From NCBI GenBank assembly GCA_013001705.1, contig JABDLZ010000310.1, positions 1 to 39,047 on the forward strand: DNA of 39,047 bases, in the 5' to 3' direction. Below, piece by piece: positions 35,223-39,047 of the stretch; the first letter of the stretch is position 1; each line of letters starts with the position of its first letter. Position numbers and translations under genes: made by a program. This stretch comes from Flavobacteriales bacterium. Lineage in GTDB: Bacteria; Bacteroidota; Bacteroidia; Flavobacteriales_D; JABDKJ01. The notes beneath the pieces were generated by a model. It was not told where the DNA came from and searched no databases. It saw nothing but the letters and a program-made list of their open reading frames with translations.

Positions 35223-38200
35223 TCATCGTATCAACATTACTGAGCCACGTATCACTTTGGCATCTCTTCTGAATCGATCCCGGGTGATGATGATATAATT
35301 ATAGACTCCATTCCGCGAACGTTTGCCGCTATTGAATTCCTTTCCGTTCCATTTCTCTCGGGCCGCGTTGGATGAGAATACCTTGGAACCCGCTCTGTCG
35401 AAAATGTCGAAACTATAGAAGTTGAGATCCGCATTGCGTATCTCCGGGCCGAAGAGGTCGTTCAGTCCATCGCCATCGGGTGTGAAGGCATTGGGTATAT
35501 AGACCGCCATATCACCTACTACCTCTATGGTCTTGCAGAGGGTATTCCTACAGCCTACGAGATCGGAAGTGGCCTGAAGACAGATCTCATATTCATCAGG
35601 TAGATCTTCTTCAAGCAACCACGAGACAGTACTTACTTGAGAGATGGTATCTCCATCCAGGGTCCACAGATAGCTGTTGCTACCTTCCGTAAGATTGAAA
35701 AGATTGATGACGGGATTGATCGCAGTCACAGGATTGGGATTGAAGCTGAAACGAGGGTCGGGAAGGGGATCCACATGGGCGATCATTGTACTCGTAGTCA
35801 TACACCCATGTCGGTCAGCGGTGAGATCGATAGGCACTGAGATGGATTCTGTTTCCGTATTCTCAATACTCAATGTGGTCATAGACGCGTTCGGGTCTTG
35901 GAAATAGGCTTCCCCTTGCCAGAGATAGCTCACATTCGATTCGGAAGCTATGCCAATCCATAAGCTATCGGTACTGCAGAGTTGTATTTCAGGTGCCAGT
36001 TCGTTCACCGGATAAGCTATGACTTCGGCATGTAAGGTCACCGTCTCCATGGATTGACAACCGGTCTCTTCATCTGTACTCGGCCCCAATGTGACTGAGA
36101 ATATTTCATCAGGTGTATAGGTTTGAGTCCATTGATCATCGATGTAGATGTTCTCAGAATCACCATTTATGGACAGTCCCACAATCTGGACATCTCCAAC
36201 GGTAGTCTCTATCTGGAGGAGGAGCGGCTCCCCAGAGCAGATCGAATCATCCGATAGACCAGCAGCGAATTCAGGCAAGGGATGGAGTATGATGGAGTCG
36301 GATTCGAATGCGTAGGCCTGGCACGCTTGGTCGCTCAGGTATTCGATCTGGAGAAAGCCTTCGGTGGTGAAGCTCAGAGTGGTGTCCGATGTGGTGAGGA
36401 GGGTGTCTGAAAGAACATCAGCGTGCGAATAGCTGAATTGCCAAGGCCCGCTACCGCTTAACTGGATATCTACACTTACCGTGTCTCCTTGGCAAGCCGG
36501 ACCAGAACTCATAAGAACAGCTTGAGGTGCTGGAATGACCTCTACATCGACCGTTCCACTGGCAGATGCGGTACAATTGGCATCACTGATTCCGGTGAGG
36601 GTGTATTCACCGCTTTCGTAGACAGGGATCACTTCAGGGCTGTTGCCTATAGTGATCTCTTGGGGAGAACCATCAATGGTGTATGCTACTACCCAAGGCG
36701 CTTGACCTTGCACTTCTAGTACAGGGCCATTGCCCGATCCTTCACAAAAACTTCCGCCACCAGAAATACTCGCTACTGGCAGATCCTGTACACTCACCTG
36801 TACTTCACCTTCGGTGGTGCCTGGACAGTGGGCATCTGCGAGAAGCGACAACGTGTACGTACCCTCTGTGGATGTGGTGATGATCAAGGGATTTTCAGTT
36901 GTGACATATTGAGCGAATGGACTCCCATCCAATTCGACATCGACCGTCCAAGGAGCGGTACCGCTCAATTCCACTTCGAACTCAGCCTCTTCTCCTGCAC
37001 AGATAGCAGCATCACCCTGCATGCTGGCTGTAGGGGTGGGTCTGAAGAGGATACCTACACCTGTGGTCGATGTCAAGCAGACATCATTGGGGTCGGCCTG
37101 ACCTTCAGAAGTCTCATTGGCCACGATGGCCGTCAACCAATAGGTCTGTCCGGGTTCTAGATCTGAGGTATAGGCAATTCCTCCGGTCAGATCATCCACA
37201 TAGATCAGGATTGTACCTAGGATATCGGCCGAGCCATCGTGGATGATGAAGGAGCGGATATCGTCATTGTCCAAGGTCTCGAACTCGTCATCATAGTCCA
37301 CCAGAATGTCTTCTCCGATACACGCCTCCAGGGTATCTCCTGCATCGGTGAATTCTCCGGCCGAAGCATAGAGGCATTCGCATTCGAGGACTCCTTGGCG
37401 TATGGTCACGCAGCCCTGCTCATCCGTCACTTCAAAGGAGAAGGCTGATCCATTGGCCATTTCTGCACTGGTGAATTCGTTCCCGGAAATAGGTGCACCG
37501 TCCACGCTATAGCTTCCATTCCCCCCTTGAATGATGAAGGATACGGTGCCTTGCTGGGTCTGTACATCACAGTCTATACTCAGTCCGTAGGTTATTAGAT
37601 CAGGCAGTACCTCATAGTAGGCACAGGTATCCTGTAGCTGGGCCTCACATCCTGTCGAACCTGCTGGGCTTACTCCGGCCAAGCAATAGATCATGCTATT
37701 GGGTACGGGAAAAGAGACCTGATCACCTGAGGTCACATCGCTGATCCCATACGTTCCGAAACTGGCCTCCATCGTGATGTCATAGCTGTCCCATTCTCCT
37801 TCGATGAGGATCTGTGCCGTACCCTCTTCTCCTCCACAAAGAGTATCTCCGCCTATCAGGCTGGCCATAGGTGCTGCAGAGATATCTACCTCGAAGATCC
37901 CTTGGCCTTCACCCGTACAGGTGGAATCCGAGCTATCCCATATCTGTACGATGGAATAATCTGTATTCACACCCGGATAGACGATGAACTCCTCGCCCAC
38001 ATCCAAGGTGTCGGTCAAGAATGTCAGACCAGAAGATGCATTGAGGATTTCCAGAAGAAAGGGGCCGTTACCTTCCATCTGAGGATAGATACTGACTGAT
38101 TGGCCGGGGCAGATGCTCTGCTCTCCTGAGAGCGTGGCCTGTGGAGGTGGGTTCAGCGTATAGCTGGCATCTGAAGTCAGAATAGGGTCACACCCGATAT

Positions 38201-39047
38201 ATCCTTCGATGGTGGCTGAATCAAGGGTATAGACTGTACTCACTTCGGACTCGAATGTCAAGAGCTGTCCATCGCTCACATTGGAGAAATCATAGCTATT
38301 GCCATTCCCATCGATGATAGTGATGTCGAACGAATCGGAAGAACTGCTGTTGAATAGAAGCTCGAATGGACTGCTTAGGCACTGCACGACATCACCGGTC
38401 AATTGGGCCGTGGGAGTCTCGATGAATTGTAGATCGAGGATAGCTTCTTCTCCACATGCCGAACACGGAAATGAATAAGAATACGCTCCGCTGAGCGCTG
38501 TTTGTGAGTCGACTGTTCCTGACGGGATGAGGCTGCCGGACGGGTCGACCCACTCACCACCGGCATCGAATACACCGGTCAATAGATCGAAGAGGTCTAC
38601 TGTTTCTGAACGGCAGATGGTATATGCAGCTCCTTGGCCTACTTCCCCAACGAAGATCACTTCCAGATCGAGCGTAGCCGCATCTGCACAATTGGCATTT
38701 TGAATACTATATATATACTGGCCCGACTCGCCTACGCTTGGATCGAAGTCGCTTGAAATGACATTCCCCTCTGAATCGGTCCACTGTCCATCAGGCTGAG
38801 GGCTACCATCGAGTAGATCGAGCAGATCGACCGTTTCTTGACATGAGCATAGTACTACGGAGCTATTCGCACCTGCATCAGCCACAGGAATCGATTCTAC
38901 TTCCACTTCAGCAGTGGAGGCCTCACAAGTCCCAATGGCTGGAAAGGAATAGGTGTAGACCCCCGTCATATCATTGCTCGGAGAGAAGGGTTCTTGCCAG
39001 ACATCCCCCATGGGATCGGTCCATGTGCCGCCTGCATCAGGAGTACC
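35223..39047 (-). CDS. very large T9SS cargo protein built of tandem Ig-like modules, with type-B C-terminal sorting domain (N-terminus outside window)
   Basis: The frame stays open to the window edge: GTPDAGGTWTDP precedes the ORF-track Met at 39011. It contains repeated ~70-aa 'G-x-W-x-D' modules, repeated ~85-aa 'CHU_C-associated Ig-like' modules, and a C-terminal CHU_C CTD. Confidence 0.9.
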   Translation of the reverse strand, partial: GTPDAGGTWTDPMGDVWQEPFSPSNDMTGVYTYSFPAIGTCEASTAEVEVESIPVADAGANSSVVLCSCQETVDLLDLLDGSPQPDGQWTDSEGNVISSDFDPSVGESGQYIYSIQNANCADAATLDLEVIFVGEVGQGAAYTICRSETVDLFDLLTGVFDAGGEWVDPSGSLIPSGTVDSQTALSGAYSYSFPCSACGEEAILDLQFIETPTAQLTGDVVQCLSSPFELLFNSSSSDSFDITIIDGNGNSYDFSNVSDGQLLTFESEVSTVYTLDSATIEGYIGCDPILTSDASYTLNPPPQATLSGEQSICPGQSVSIYPQMEGNGPFLLEILNASSGLTFLTDTLDVGEEFIVYPGVNTDYSIVQIWDSSDSTCTGEGQGIFEVDISAAPMASLIGGDTLCGGEEGTAQILIEGEWDSYDITMEASFGTYGISDVTSGDQVSFPVPNSMIYCLAGVSPAGSTGCEAQLQDTCAYYEVLPDLITYGLSIDCDVQTQQGTVSFIIQGGNGSYSVDGAPISGNEFTSAEMANGSAFSFEVTDEQGCVTIRQGVLECECLYASAGEFTDAGDTLEACIGEDILVDYDDEFETLDNDDIRSFIIHDGSADILGTILIYVDDLTGGIAYTSDLEPGQTYWLTAIVANETSEGQADPNDVCLTSTTGVGILFRPTPTASMQGDAAICAGEEAEFEVELSGTAPWTVDVELDGSPFAQYVTTENPLIITTSTEGTYTLSLLADAHCPGTTEGEVQVSVQDLPVASISGGGSFCEGSGNGPVLEVQGQAPWVVAYTIDGSPQEITIGNSPEVIPVYESGEYTLTGISDANCTASASGTVDVEVIPAPQAVLMSSGPACQGDTVSVDIQLSGSGPWQFSYSHADVLSDTLLTTSDTTLSFTTEGFLQIEYLSDQACQAYAFESDSIILHPLPEFAAGLSDDSICSGEPLLLQIETTVGDVQIVGLSINGDSENIYIDDQWTQTYTPDEIFSVTLGPSTDEETGCQSMETVTLHAEVIAYPVNELAPEIQLCSTDSLWIGIASESNVSYLWQGEAYFQDPNASMTTLSIENTETESISVPIDLTADRHGCMTTSTMIAHVDPLPDPRFSFNPNPVTAINPVINLFNLTEGSNSYLWTLDGDTISQVSTVSWLLEEDLPDEYEICLQATSDLVGCRNTLCKTIEVVGDMAVYIPNAFTPDGDGLNDLFGPEIRNADLNFYSFDIFDRAGSKVFSSNAAREKWNGKEFNSGKRSRNGVYNYIIITRDRFRRDAKVIRGSVMLIR
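35226..35510 (-). other. T9SS type-B (CHU_C) C-terminal sorting domain
   Basis: 'YIPNAFTPDGDGLNDLFGP...FDIFDRAGSKVFSS...WNGK...NGVYNYII'. Confidence 0.88.
36267..37028 (-). repeat. three consecutive ~85-aa Ig-like modules (protein-level tandem repeat) inside the large T9SS cargo gene
   Basis: Modules start at 37028 (ASMQGDAAICAGEE...), 36773 (ASISGGGSFCEGSG...) and 36521 (AVLMSSGPACQGDT...). They share A-x3-G-x4-C-x-G ... G-x2-PW ... G-x-Y-x-L ... D-x2-C. More degenerate copies lie upstream ('ATLSGEQSICPGQS', 'ASLIGGDTLCGGEEG'). Confidence 0.75.

Noticed and set aside
1-39047. A window-wide look for CRISPR arrays, IS elements or transposases, integrases, reverse transcriptase/DGR, restriction-modification, and known defence ATPases or nucleases.
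   Set aside because: None was recognised by eye in any of the listed ORFs or intergenic regions. The intergenic regions are short (at most ~217 bp) and contain only promoter boxes, two terminators and one palindrome.

Overview
This is a compact chromosomal segment that I read as Bacteroidota, probably Flavobacteriia or Cryomorphaceae-like. That placement is an inference from several signals. There are two T9SS type-B (CHU_C / gliding-motility) C-terminal sorting domains, ftsK-lolA synteny and an archaeal/eukaryote-like class II ProRS. Seven perfect TAnnTTTG -7 promoter boxes sit in front of genes, and many genes have overlapping stop and start codons. I call about 34 CDS and 2 tRNAs. Most of the window is housekeeping: valS, proS, argS, ribF, upp, rpsT, ftsK, lolA, radC, wecB, an aspartate-type aminotransferase, a Ppx/GppA phosphatase, a DksA/TraR zinc finger, and GT2 and GT-C glycosyltransferases. 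The right-hand 7.4 kb holds two tandem giant T9SS cargo (adhesin-like) genes, and the second runs off the window edge. I found no CRISPR array, transposase, integrase, reverse transcriptase, restriction or defence-type ATPase, or convincing toxin-antitoxin pair, so the window does not look like an accessory or defence island. The best candidate for an undescribed module is a translationally coupled pair at 18431-21192. It consists of a lipoprotein with an unusual acidic / aromatic-glycine / basic RP-rich architecture and a FadL/PorV-like outer-membrane barrel. The second candidate is two pentein (guanidino-modifying) enzymes packed directly upstream of argS in what looks like one operon. All family assignments come from motif recognition by eye; no searches were run.
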